A stretch of DNA of 64,000 bases from assembly GCA_963825175.1 (NCBI GenBank), contig CAWGSA010000001.1, positions 50,576 to 114,575 on the forward strand, read 5' to 3'. Of this stretch, positions 8,471 through 18,627 are shown piece after piece (the stretch's first letter is position 1; every line of letters begins with the position of its first letter). This DNA comes from an uncultured Acidobacteriota bacterium (GTDB lineage Bacteria; Acidobacteriota; Thermoanaerobaculia; UBA5066; Gp7-AA6). The notes beneath the pieces are model-generated. The model searched no databases. It worked only from the letters and a program-made list of their open reading frames with translations, and was not told where the DNA came from. Position numbers and translations under genes: made by a program.

Positions 8471-10687
8471 ATGGACGTCCTGACCTATCCGATCGGACTC
8501 CTGATCGGCCTGTTCCCCGTCGTGGCCGACCTCGGGAACCATCCGGAGCCGGTCCAGGTGCTCCTGGACGGTCGGCCAGGCTGCGTCATGTCCGGACGCG
8601 CCCCGGGGTGCACTCTCGATCTTGGTCCCGATCCAAAGCTCCATCGCCTCGAGCTCGTACGCCGGGATGCGAAGGGCCGGATCGTCGAGCGTGCCGAGCG
8701 CTGGGTCAACCGCCCGGGCATCGAGGCCGAGGTCCGCGCCGGCGGCTCCTGCGATCCGAAGACGAAGTTCTGCGAGCTCACGATCAACTGGGCGCATCCG
8801 GGACACCTCGATCCTTCTTCCATCGCAGTCCAACTGGACGGCGTGACCGTTTCGCGCGGAATGGCCGCGAGCCTGCGAATCCCCTTTCCCGGCGGACGCG
8901 CCCCACAGGTCCTGACCGCGGAGGCGGCGTTCCCCGACGGGCGCAAGGCGACCTTCACGAGGCTCCTGCACGGCTCCTATCCCGAGGAAGCGGAAGCGTC
9001 GCTTCAAGCGATTCCCATCCGCGCGCCGCCGGAGATCTCCGACGAAGAACTGGCGGCGGGGTTGCGCGAGAAGGGATGGCCCGTTCGAGCGATCGAGAAA
9101 GGCAGCTTCGAGATCGACTTCGTCGTCGAGCCGTTGGCTTTCCGTTCAATGAGCTGGTGGAGCATCGCCTCGATCGGTATCCCTGCCACCGCGCCCCTCG
9201 AGGATGCCGAGGCGATTCACGCCATCGTCGCCAATGAGTCGATGCTGTCGCTGGGCGCTCTCGTCCGATCCGAGGAGGCGGATTCGGGAACGGGCTTCAA
9301 CGGGCGGCGCATCCAGACGATCGGCGGCGGCCGGACCACTCGGCCTCGGGAGTCGAGGCCTCGGGAGTGGCTCCGGCACGTCTACAACGCCGCCGCCGCG
9401 CCATTGCACCGGCTCCGGAGCGCGGACGCCGTCGCGGCCGCTGGCTACGCTCTCGGAGGCTCGCCCCGGCGCCGGGCGGTCGTGCTCATCGCGGGAGCCG
9501 GGCGACCCGACGAGAGCACGTTCTCGCCCGATCAGGCGCGGAGCTATCTCCAGCAGATCGGCGTCCCCTTGTGCGTCTGGCGACTGACGGAAGATGCGGC
9601 CCCGGGATGGCCGGAGGCGGTGACCATCAAATCCGCGGCGACGCTCGTCGAACAGATCCGACTCTTGAAACAGGAGCTCGAGCGCCAGCGCATCCTGTGG
9701 CTCGCCGGCCGCCTCGATCCCCGCCGTCTCGATTGGCCGCTGCCGGAAGGCGTTTCGCTCGCCGGCAGGGAGAACGCTACGGGGCGTTCCGACACGCCGG
9801 CGGCGGGCGAATCGGAGAACGCCGCCGCGCCGGTCTTCACGGTGGCCGTCGATCCCCGGGCGCCCGAGAGGATGTATGCGGGATCTCGTGACGGCCTCGC
9901 GGCCTCCTCCGACGGCGGCAGGACGTGGCGTTCGATTTCGACCGGCGCCGGGGCCTCGGACGTGTACGCGCTCGGTTTCGGCCTGCCGAATGGAGAACTC
10001 CTCGTCGGCACGAGCGGCTCGATCGGACACAGCATCGCCGGCGGCGAGAACTGGGCCCTGGTCCCGACACTGGCGACCTTCTCGGTCGTGGTGGACCCTG
10101 AAAACTCCGCGATCGCTTACGCAGCGACGCGCGGCGGGCTCTTCCGGACGCTCGACGGCGGCAATCGGTGGACGCCCGCCAACGCGGGCCTCGAGCACGC
10201 CTTCCCGGTCAGCCTCGCCGCCGATCCGCGACACTCCGGTGTGGCCTACGTGGCCACGGCGGGCCGCGGCGTCTTCAAGACGACGAACAAAGGAGAGACC
10301 TGGAAGGCCACGGGAAACGAGCTCGACCGAACCGTCGTGCGGTCGCTGGCGGTCGATCCGAGCGACGGCAGTTTGATCTACGCCGCCACCGACGGCGGCG
10401 TCTTCGCGAGCACCAACGGCGGCCGAAGCTGGAAGCGCGCGAGCGCCGGCTTGCCGCGGGCGATCGTCTACGCGGTGCGGCTCGCCCCGCGCGATCCGGC
10501 GCACGCATTCGCCGGCACGGCCGCCGGGCTCTTCGAGAGCCGGGATCGGGCGGCGTCCTGGAATCGCGTCGCGGCGCCGGGAGTCGACGTCGCGATCACG
10601 GCCCTCGACGTCGACGAGGCGTCGGGAACCATCGTCGCCGGAACGCTCGATCGCGGGATATTCGTTCTCCCTCGGGCACCGGGATGA
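8471..10687 (+). CDS. Fusion protein: N-terminal VWFA-related-like region plus C-terminal 6-blade BNR/Asp-box beta-propeller
   Basis: 738-aa ORF that starts 3 nt after the previous stop. The C-terminal 300 aa carry Asp-boxes SSDGGRTW, IAGGENW, RTLDGGNRW, KTTNKGETW, ASTNGGRSW and ESRDRAASW. The N-terminal part (..RRRAVVLIAGAGRPDESTF..) is only loosely VWA-like. Confidence 0.7.
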   Translation: MDVLTYPIGLLIGLFPVVADLGNHPEPVQVLLDGRPGCVMSGRAPGCTLDLGPDPKLHRLELVRRDAKGRIVERAERWVNRPGIEAEVRAGGSCDPKTKFCELTINWAHPGHLDPSSIAVQLDGVTVSRGMAASLRIPFPGGRAPQVLTAEAAFPDGRKATFTRLLHGSYPEEAEASLQAIPIRAPPEISDEELAAGLREKGWPVRAIEKGSFEIDFVVEPLAFRSMSWWSIASIGIPATAPLEDAEAIHAIVANESMLSLGALVRSEEADSGTGFNGRRIQTIGGGRTTRPRESRPREWLRHVYNAAAAPLHRLRSADAVAAAGYALGGSPRRRAVVLIAGAGRPDESTFSPDQARSYLQQIGVPLCVWRLTEDAAPGWPEAVTIKSAATLVEQIRLLKQELERQRILWLAGRLDPRRLDWPLPEGVSLAGRENATGRSDTPAAGESENAAAPVFTVAVDPRAPERMYAGSRDGLAASSDGGRTWRSISTGAGASDVYALGFGLPNGELLVGTSGSIGHSIAGGENWALVPTLATFSVVVDPENSAIAYAATRGGLFRTLDGGNRWTPANAGLEHAFPVSLAADPRHSGVAYVATAGRGVFKTTNKGETWKATGNELDRTVVRSLAVDPSDGSLIYAATDGGVFASTNGGRSWKRASAGLPRAIVYAVRLAPRDPAHAFAGTAAGLFESRDRAASWNRVAAPGVDVAITALDVDEASGTIVAGTLDRGIFVLPRAPG

Positions 10688-10745
10688 CCAGGCCCGCCTC
10701 GTCTGATTCCATCCTCAAGGACGCCGACCGGCTAGACTCCGCTCC

Positions 10746-11651
10746 GTGAGGCAACGGCTACGGAGCTGGAAGACCCTCGCCACGGAGCGGGTGAACCCGC
10801 GGTCGGCGAAGCTCGACCGCCTGGGAATCGCCGGCGTCGTGGCCCTGATGCAGTCGGAGGACCGGCGGGTGCTCGCGGCGCTGGCCAGGGCACGGCCGGC
10901 GATCGTCGCGGCGGCGGAGGCGTTCGCGCAGACCTATTCCTCGGGCGGCACCTGCTTTCTTTTCGGCGCGGGGACGAGCGGGCGCCTCGCCGTCCTCGAA
11001 GCCGCCGAGCTGCCTCCGACCTTCGGGACGGATCCCCGGCGCGTTCGGGCGGTCATCGCGGGCGGCAATCGGGCGGTCTTCCGCGCCCGCGAGGGAGCCG
11101 AGGACCGCCACGAGGACGGCCGCCAAGCCGCGCGGGCCGCCCGTCCCGGAGACTTCGTCATCGGGATTTCCGCCAGCTCGGTCACGCCGTTCGTGCGCGG
11201 CGCCCTGGAGGAAGCCCGTCGCCGCGGCGCGACGACCGCGCTCGTGACGGCGAGCCGGTCGCCGGGAATCGCGAGGGCCGCCCAGATCCTCGTCCGCCTG
11301 GACACCGGGGCGGAGGTGGTGGCCGGATCGACCCGATTGAAGGCCGGCACCGCGACCAAGATGGCACTGAACCAGATCACCACGGCCGCTTTCGCCTCGT
11401 CGGGCAAGGTTTTCGGCCCCTGGATGGTCGATGTGCGCGCCGGCTCGGCGAAACTGAAGGACCGCGCCGCGCGGATCGTCGCCGCGGCGGCCGGGATTTC
11501 GCCTTCCCGGGCAAAGTCTCTCCTGGCGCGCGCCCGTGGGGAGGTCAAGACTGCGATCGCCATGGCTCGGCTGCGCGTTTCGCCGGCCGAGGCGCGGGAG
11601 CGGCTCACGAAGGCGCGCGGCGATCTGCGAAGGGCGATCGGGGAGAGGTAG
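10746..11651 (+). CDS. murQ: N-acetylmuramic acid 6-phosphate etherase (SIS domain)
   Basis: 301 aa, collinear with E. coli MurQ motifs: GAGTSGRL..LEAAELPPTFG, GISASSVTPFV, GSTRLKAGTATKMALNQITT, GKVFGPWMVDV and KTAIAMARL. Confidence 0.9.
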   Translation: MRQRLRSWKTLATERVNPRSAKLDRLGIAGVVALMQSEDRRVLAALARARPAIVAAAEAFAQTYSSGGTCFLFGAGTSGRLAVLEAAELPPTFGTDPRRVRAVIAGGNRAVFRAREGAEDRHEDGRQAARAARPGDFVIGISASSVTPFVRGALEEARRRGATTALVTASRSPGIARAAQILVRLDTGAEVVAGSTRLKAGTATKMALNQITTAAFASSGKVFGPWMVDVRAGSAKLKDRAARIVAAAAGISPSRAKSLLARARGEVKTAIAMARLRVSPAEARERLTKARGDLRRAIGER

Positions 11652-11764
11652 TCCCGTAGTCCGAAGTCCGACGTGTATGCGGCTGCGTGGCAATAGCCGG
11701 GTCAGTCCCCAGTCTCCGGTCTCCAGTCTCCAGTCATCCCCGCGTCCCCCCGTCCCCGCGTCCT
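11649..11764. repeat. Intergenic short tandem repeats: GTAGTCC-like x3, CAGTC(C/T)C x5 (11703-11737), GCGTCCCC-like octamers x3 (11741-11764)
   Basis: Read directly. The array starts at the murQ TAG stop: ggTAGtcccgTAGtccgaagtcc ... cagtccc cagtctc cggtctc cagtctc cagtcat ... gcgtcccc ccgtcccc gcgtcctc. Confidence 0.9.
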
Positions 11765-11856
11765 CCTTGGCAACCTCGCCGTCTCAATTTTTGTTATAGG
11801 CTCCTGTCACCAAATCCGGCGAAACCTCGAGTATTGGTACAACGGAGGACTCCCCG

Positions 11857-14800
11857 ATGCTCGCCAAGCGAACACTCCTCATCCTGGGCGCCGTCCTTTC
11901 GATCGCTCGCGCCGCGGCCGCCGCCACCACGATCGAGATCAACGACGCGACCGACACGCTGCACAACACGCTTCCCGCCGACTGCGCCAACAGCGGCACG
12001 GGCACCTGTTCGCTGCGCGACGCGATCCTGTTCGCGAACTTCACGGGCTCGTCGGGACAGCCCTACACGTTCAAGTTCGACCAGCTGGGGGCGGGCAGCC
12101 ACACCATCACTCTCTCCAACGCGCCGCAGCACGGCTCGCTCGACGCCATCACGGTGACCGTCGTCATCGACGGAACGACGCATCCCGACGGCAAGGTCGA
12201 GCTCTCCGGCGTCAACCTGACCAGCGGCTCGCCCGCAGGCTTCGTGTTGAACGGGACCGGAGCGAGCACGGTCAAGGGGATGGTCATCAACCATTTCGGC
12301 GGTGACGGCATCGACGTCGGGGCCTCGGCGGCCGGCTCCTTGATCACCGGCAACTTCCTGGGCACGGACTACCTCGGAACGAGCGCGGCGGGCAACGGTG
12401 GCGACGGTCTGGACGTCAACGCGACGCTCGTCACCGTCAACAGCAACGTGATCTCCGGCAACGGCCAGTTCGGCCTGCACATCTTCGGCAGCTTCCTGCC
12501 CACCGCCAACGCGGTCAACGTCCAGAACAACAAGATCGGCACGGACGTGACCGGACTCGCCGCTCTGGGAAACACCTCCGACGGCATCCGCATCGACACC
12601 GGGGCCAACGGCAACATCATCGGCGGCGCCAACGTCGTGAGCGGCAACGGCGGCAACGGCATCTTCATCAACGGAAACGGCAATTTCCCGGGCCTGAACG
12701 TGATTTCCGGCAACTTCATCGGCACGCGCATCGGCGGGGTCCTGGGCTCGATCCCCAACACGCTCGACGGCATCCGCATGGACCAGTCCAATTTCAACAT
12801 CCTCGGCGGCGGACCGTTTGGCGGGAACCTCATCTCCGGCAACACGAAGAACGGGATCGAGATCAATGATTCCGACAGCAACCTCGTCGTCAACAACATC
12901 ATCGGCCTCGACGCTCTGGGCGGGCTGGGCGGCGCCGAAGGCAACGGCGGCGACGGGATCCTGATCGCCATCTCCACCAACACCGATATCGGCGGGCCCG
13001 GCGGCGTGGCCACGTTCAATGTCATCTCGTCCAACACCGGCGCGGGAGTGCACATCAATGGGCAGGCGGGGACCACGACGGGCAACATCGTCGAGGGCAA
13101 CATCATCGGCGCCAACGTCTCCGGCATCGCCAGCGGCAACGGCATCGGCGTGTTCGTCGAGGGCGACAACGCGAACAACACGACGATCGGCGGGTCGAGC
13201 TCCAACCAGGCCAACACCATCGCTTTCAACACCGGGCCGGGCGTGCGCATCGGCATCAACGCTTCCGATTTCGTGACGCCGGTGGACATCCTCTCCAACT
13301 CGATCCACGACAACGGCGCGCTCGGGATCGATCTGGGCAACGATGGAGTGACCAACAACGACCCCGGCGATATCGACGTCGCCGCGCCCAACGAGTTCCA
13401 GAACTTTCCGGCCTTCACGCTCGCGCTGATCTCCAACGCGACCGGCAAGGTCCTGATCCAGGGAGCCCAGGACTCGCAGCAGGCGATCAACCAGATCCAG
13501 ATGTTCCTGGCGGCGGCCGATCCGTCCGGGCACGGGGAGGGCAAGACGCTCATCCTCGATCAGACCGGCGTGCCCAACGGGCCCTTCTCCTTCGGCCCGA
13601 GCACGCCGTCCTCGGCCGTGGCGGCGGGCAATCTTCTGACCGCGACCGCGACGACGGCGGACGGGACCTCGGAGTTCTCGCTCAATATTCCGTTCGTCGC
13701 CAACGTCCCTCCGGTCGCCAACGCCGGACCCAATCAGAACCAGCCCACCGGCGCGACGGTCGTCCTGGACGGCTCGGCCTCGGTCGATCCGGACGGGCTT
13801 CCCAGCGGACCGGCCATCGTCAACGGCAACTTCACCTGGGTGCAGACCGGCGGCCCGGCCGCCGGTCGTCCTGACCAATCCCACCAGCGTCAATCCGACG
13901 TTCGTCGCCGCCGTTCCCGGCTCCTACGTGTTCTCGCTCGTGGTCACCGACGGCATGGACGTCTCGACCAATCCCGCCTCGGTCACGATCACGGTCACCT
14001 CCCCGAGCTCGACGGCTCTCGTCTCCAGCGTGAATCCGTCGGTCTTCGGGCAGTCGGTGACCTTCACGGCGACGGTGACCGGGACGGGCCCGGTTCCCAC
14101 GGGCACGGTGACGTTCTTCGACGGAGCGACGAACATCGGATCCGCTCCGCTCAACGGCGCCGCTCAGGCGCTGCTCACGACGTCCACCCTGGCGGTCGGA
14201 AGCCACCCCATCATGGCGGTCTACGGCGGAGACGCCAACTTCACCGGCAGCACATCGCCCGTGGTCGTCCAGGTGGTCAACCAGGCCAACACGACGACGG
14301 TTGTCGTCTCGAGCGTCAATCCGTCCGTCTTCGGCCAGCTCGTGAGCTTCACCGCGACGGTAACTCCAGTCCCGCCCGGCTCGGGGACGCCCACGGGCAC
14401 CGCCTCGTTCTTCGACGGGGCGACCCTCCTGGGCACCCAGGCGTTGACAGGGAGCGGGGTGGCGGTCTTGACGACGGCCGCCCTGACCGTGGGCAGCCAT
14501 CCGATCACCGCGGTTTACAGCGGGGACGCCGAACTTCGCCGGAAGCGTCTCGCCGATCGTCACCCAGGTCGTCAACAAGGACAACACGACGACGGTGGTG
14601 ATCTCCAGCGTGAACCCGTCGATGGTGGGGCAATCGGTCACCTTCACCGCCACGGTCACGGCCAATGCGCCCGGGTCCGGCACCCCCACGACTACGGTCG
14701 ACTTCTTCGACGGCGCGACGCTCCTGGGATCCGGCTTGTTGAACGGAGCCGCGCAGGCGACCTTCACGACGTCGGCCCTCACGCAGGGCAGCCACCCGAT

Positions 14801-16739
14801 CACAGCGGTGTACGCCGGCGACGCCAACTTCAACGGCAGCACGTCTTTGATCCTGACGCAGGTCGTCAACGCCACCGGCGGCACGCCGAGCTCGACGGCG
14901 CTGGTCTCGAGCCTCAACCCGTCGGTCTTCGGCCAGTCCGTCACGTTCACGGCGACGGTCACCGGGTCCGGGCCGACACCGACCGGCACGGTCACATTCC
15001 TCGACGGAGCGACCAACATCGGCTCGGCGCCCTTGAACGGATCCGCCGTGGCCACGTTCACGACGTCGGCGCTCCTCGTTGGCAGCCATCCGATCACCGC
15101 GAATTACGCCGGCGACGCGACCTACGCGCCCAGCCTTTCCCCGATCGTCAATCAGGTCGTGAACAAGGCCGACACGACGACAGCGCTCATCTCGAGCGTC
15201 AATCCCTCGACTGTCGGCCAGGCCGTCACCTTCACCGCCACGGTCACCGCCGTCGCGCCGGGCTCGGGCACGCCCACCGGCTCCGTCACGTTCTTGGACG
15301 GCGCGACCAACATCGGCTCGGCGCCCTTGAACGGCGCGGGCCAGGCAGCACTGACCACCTCCGCTCTCACCCAGGGCACGCACCCCATCACCGCGGTCTA
15401 CGGCGGCGACGCTAACTTCAACGGGAGCACCTCGTCCATCGTCGACCAGGTCGTCAACCCGGCCGGCGGAACGCCCAGCAACACGGCGCTCGTCTCGAGC
15501 CTCAACCCGTCTGTCTTCGGTCAATCCGTGACGTTCACCGCCACCGTCACGGGCACCGGGCCGACGCCCACGGGGTCCGTGACATTCATGGATGGAATCA
15601 CGCCTCTCGTCACGGTGCCTTTGAACGGCTCGGCGCAGGCGAGTCTCACCACTTCCACGCTGATCGTCGGAAGCCACCCCATCACCGCGGTCTACGGCGG
15701 GGATACGACTTACGCCGGAAGCACTTCCCCGATCGTCAACCAGGTCGTCAACAAGGCCGACACGACGACGGCGCTCATCTCGAGCGTCAATCCCTCGACG
15801 GTCGGCCAGGCCGTCACATTCACCGCCACGGTCACCGCCGTCGCGCCGGGCTCGGGCACGCCCACCGGCACCGTCAACTTCTTCGACGGCGCGACCAACA
15901 TCGGCTCGGCGCCCTTGAACGGCTCGGGCCAGGCCGCCCTGACCACCTCCGCCCTCACCCAGGGCACGCACCCCATCACCGCGACCTACGGCGGAGACGT
16001 CAACTTCAACGGGAGCATCTCGTCCATCGTCGACCAGGTCGTCAACGCGGCCGGCGGCACGCCGAGCAACACGGCGCTGGTCTCGAGCCTCAACCCATCC
16101 GTCTTCGGCCAATCCGTCACGTTCACCGCCACCGTCACGGGCACCGGGCCGATACCGACGGGAACGGTGAACTTCTTCGACGGGGTGACGCTGCTGGGGG
16201 CCGGAACCTTGAACGGCGCGGGAATCGCGACCTTCACGACGTCCGCGCTGGCCGTGGGGACCCACCCCATCACCGCCGCGTATGCCGGCGACTCGACGTA
16301 CGCGCCGAGCATCTCGCCGATCGTCAGCCAGGTCGTCAACGGTGTGGGCGGCACACCGAGTGTCACGACGGTCGTGTCCAGCCTGAATCCTTCGACCGTC
16401 GGCCAGTCGGTGACGTTCACCGCGACCGTGACCGGATCCGGCCCGATCCCGACCGGCTCGGTCACGTTCCTCGACGGGGCAACGCCCCTGGCGACAGTCG
16501 GATTGAACGGCGCCGGCCAAGCCAGTTTCTCGACGTCGGCGCTGGCCCAGGGAAGCCATCCGATCACGGCCTCCTACAGCGGGGACGCGACCTACGGCCC
16601 GAGCACCGCGGGCCTGACACAGGTCGTCAACGCGGGGGTCGCCGCAGCCGGAATCCCCACCCTCGACGGGCGAGCGCTGGCGGTGCTGGCGACTCTCCTG
16701 GCCGCGGTCGGCATCTGGCTGGCCCGCAGACGGCTCTAG
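11857..16739 (+). pseudogene. Giant surface adhesin-like protein (about 1627 aa): signal peptide, CSLREA-like motif, parallel beta-helix, PKD-like domain, 9 Ig-like repeats, IPTL-CTERM sorting signal; two 1-nt frameshifts
   Basis: ATG 11857 behind ACGGAGGA. Signal peptide MLAKRTLLILGAVLSIARAAAA, then TGTCSLRDAILFAN. PbH1-like repeats follow (GN.I.GN.G.GI.I). The PKD-like segment reads ANAGPNQ..VVLDGSASVDPDG..FTWVQTGGP|VVLTNPTSVNPTF..VTITV. Nine roughly 95-aa repeats read VSS(V/L)NPS..GQ.VTFTATVT..GTPTG.V.F.DGAT..G...LNG.G.A...TS.L..G.H.ITA.Y.GD. The C-terminus is GIPTLDGRALAVLATLLAAVGIWLARRRL. The coding sequence passes through three track ORFs (11857.., 13928.., 14595..16739), with junctions at about 13860-13865 and about 14529-14531 (GDA|NFAGS). 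Confidence 0.85.
13999..16635 (+). repeat. Coding tandem repeats: 9 Ig-like domain units, with a near-identical 588-nt two-domain super-repeat
   Basis: About 120 nt starting at 15162 (aacaaggccgacacgacgac..) recur starting at 15750 with about 3 mismatches by manual comparison. Confidence 0.85.
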
Positions 16740-16766
16740 CGGAGACGAATCGGGCGGAGGCGGCCG

Positions 16767-18407
16767 TCAGCGACGACGGCCGCCCAGGCGGATGGCGTCG
16801 GACGCTCCGCCTGAAGCGGCGGTTTGCGGCGCCTCACGCACAAAGCCGGACTCGATGAGCATGTGTTCGATCTCCTCGCGCGTCGCGCCCAGCTTGCGCG
16901 CGCTCTGGAAGAGCGGCCGGGCTTCCATCGGATGCCAGTTGCGCCGATTGCGATCGGAAATCCCGGTGACGTCGAGCGGCTCGATCGTCTCGTAGATCCG
17001 ATCGATCCAGAGGTTCCGCTCGTGCGCCAGCGTGCCCTTGACCCGCGCGTCGCGCACACCGAGGCAGCATCGCGCAAGCCCCGCGCCGAAATCCAGACGG
17101 TCCGCGGAGAGAAACGATCCGGCAAGCTGCGGTCGGGCGAGCCTGTGCGCCGCCTCCGCATAGCTCGACGCCGCGAAATAGAGAAGGGTCAGCGCGGCGA
17201 AGAGCTCGAAATCGCCGAAGGACGCGTAGAGCGCCGCGATGAGCCGCGCCGCCGTGTCCGCTTCGTCCAGGGTCGCTCGGGCGCAGGCAGACAGCCCCTC
17301 GGACAGGCCCGGCTGGTCCCAATTTTCCTCGAGCACGCGCGCCAGACGCCCGATGCCGAGAAGCGTCAGAGGGAAACCGGTCGAGAGGAGCGGGTCGACG
17401 AACGCCGCGGCGGACGGAAGGAGCGTCCAGCGTTCACCCGAGGCGACAGAGGCGCGGAACGGGAGGCGCGAGGCGTGCACGAACGGCCGCGCCGCGCGAG
17501 CCCCGGCGAACTGGTCGCGCAGGGACGGAAACCGCTCCAGGAGGCGGTCCCACGCCGCAGCTCCTTCCGAAAATCTCAGCTCCGAGGCCAGCCCGGGGAC
17601 CGCCGCCGCGCCGGCGCTGGTGATCCCGTTCTGGAAGCGCAGCACCCATACCCACCCGCCCTCGAAGACATGGTGAACCGCCGCGTCATCGATCGGAAAG
17701 GGAGGCCATCCCGCGCCGCTGACCGAAAAAGCCTCCAGGTCCTCCAGGCGCCGGACGCCGGTGAAATGCGTGTACAGACCCTCCGTCGGCGGGAGGCCCG
17801 GAAACTCCGATTCGGGCAGATCCAACGCCCGGTGAAGGAAGCCGCGCGGGCCGGACGCGTCCACCACGAGCCGCGCGTGAAGGCGCAGCGCTTCTCGTCC
17901 GCGGAGACCTTCCAGCACGGCGCCGTCGGAGAGGAGCTCGCACCGATCGAGGCTCACGGAGTCGAGGAATTCGGCGCCCTGTGCCTGCGCCTCCCGAACC
18001 AGGAAGTGATCGAGGTCCGCGCGGTACCAGTGGGTGTCCGCCACTTCGTCGCGCGGGCTCGCCGCAACGAGCAGCTGGTCCCGCCGCCAGGGATCGGACC
18101 GAAAGGGCTCTCCGGCACGGTGGGCGTAGAAGGTGAAGCCGCGCTTCAAGCCGCAGCCGATCTGTGGATAGGCGCGCTGCCACGTTCCCCATGCCGAGAG
18201 CGGACGTATTCTGTCGAGGCCGTAGCGGTCGCACAGCTCTTCCAGCAGGAGGTTGGCAAGGGGCGAGGACGACTCGCCGATTGCGAAGCGCGGATGGGTT
18301 TCCTTGTCCAGAAGGACGACCGAGCGGCCCAGCCGCCGGCAGATCATCGCCAGGAGGGAGCCGGCGAAGCCCGAACCGACGATCGCGACATCGAAGTCGT
18401 GGGTCAC
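16767..18407 (-). CDS. FAD-dependent oxidoreductase of the flavin-dependent halogenase-like fold (function unknown)
   Basis: Track ORF 16767..19004 trimmed to GTG 18407: (M)THDFDVAIVGSGFAGSLLA (GxGxxG), then LLDKETHPRFAIGESSSPL and EGGWVWVLRF (a degenerate WxWxIP). Everything upstream of 18407 in that ORF is Arg/Ser/Gly junk that overlaps a repeat element and the radical SAM gene. Confidence 0.75.
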   Translation of the reverse strand: MTHDFDVAIVGSGFAGSLLAMICRRLGRSVVLLDKETHPRFAIGESSSPLANLLLEELCDRYGLDRIRPLSAWGTWQRAYPQIGCGLKRGFTFYAHRAGEPFRSDPWRRDQLLVAASPRDEVADTHWYRADLDHFLVREAQAQGAEFLDSVSLDRCELLSDGAVLEGLRGREALRLHARLVVDASGPRGFLHRALDLPESEFPGLPPTEGLYTHFTGVRRLEDLEAFSVSGAGWPPFPIDDAAVHHVFEGGWVWVLRFQNGITSAGAAAVPGLASELRFSEGAAAWDRLLERFPSLRDQFAGARAARPFVHASRLPFRASVASGERWTLLPSAAAFVDPLLSTGFPLTLLGIGRLARVLEENWDQPGLSEGLSACARATLDEADTAARLIAALYASFGDFELFAALTLLYFAASSYAEAAHRLARPQLAGSFLSADRLDFGAGLARCCLGVRDARVKGTLAHERNLWIDRIYETIEPLDVTGISDRNRRNWHPMEARPLFQSARKLGATREEIEHMLIESGFVREAPQTAASGGASDAIRLGGRRR

Positions 18408-18435
18408 AACGTCGCTTCCGCTTGCTCCGGACCTG

Positions 18436-18589
18436 CCGTCGCTTCCGCTCGATCCGGACCTGCGCCTTCGGCGCACCGGCGGTCCGCTCGGCCGGATGCG
18501 GCCTCGACGGCCCGCCTGGTCCCTCCCTCGCTCTCGCTCCCCGCGGCACGCGCCTCCTCCCTCGGTGACTTCGGGAGAGTTCGCGCGCC
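18436..18589. repeat. Copy A of a roughly 150-nt dispersed intergenic element (partner at 43823-43964)
   Basis: Manual alignment shows a 47-nt block (cgcaccggcggtccgctcggccggatgcggcctcgacggcccgcctg, 18472-18518) and a 21-nt block (tccctccctcgctctcgctcc) that are identical in both copies. The flanks are about 80% similar. Copy A is preceded by a 27-nt tandem duplication (gtcgcttccgct.g.tccggacctgc, 18411-18464). Confidence 0.85.
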
Positions 18590-18627
18590 TCGGACCGGAG
18601 CTGGCTCGACCGGAGAGACCGAAGGCG

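Noticed and set aside
11794-16559. Minus-strand ORFs 11794..13893 (699 aa) and 14505..16559 (684 aa) opposite the adhesin. Similar shadow ORFs: 1381..2829(+), 4611..6383(-), 6704..7711(-), 9146..10504(-), 46733..48451(+), 57086..59242(-), 61319..63079(-)
   Set aside because: All are mirror images of well-supported genes. They have extreme Arg/Gly/Asp/Pro composition and no family resemblance.
16767-18407. Calling the FAD enzyme a tryptophan or other halogenase
   Set aside because: Only the fold-level motifs are visible. The WxWxIP motif is degenerate (WVWVLR), and I cannot verify the catalytic Lys/Glu by eye. It is kept as a halogenase-like FAD oxidoreductase of unknown function.
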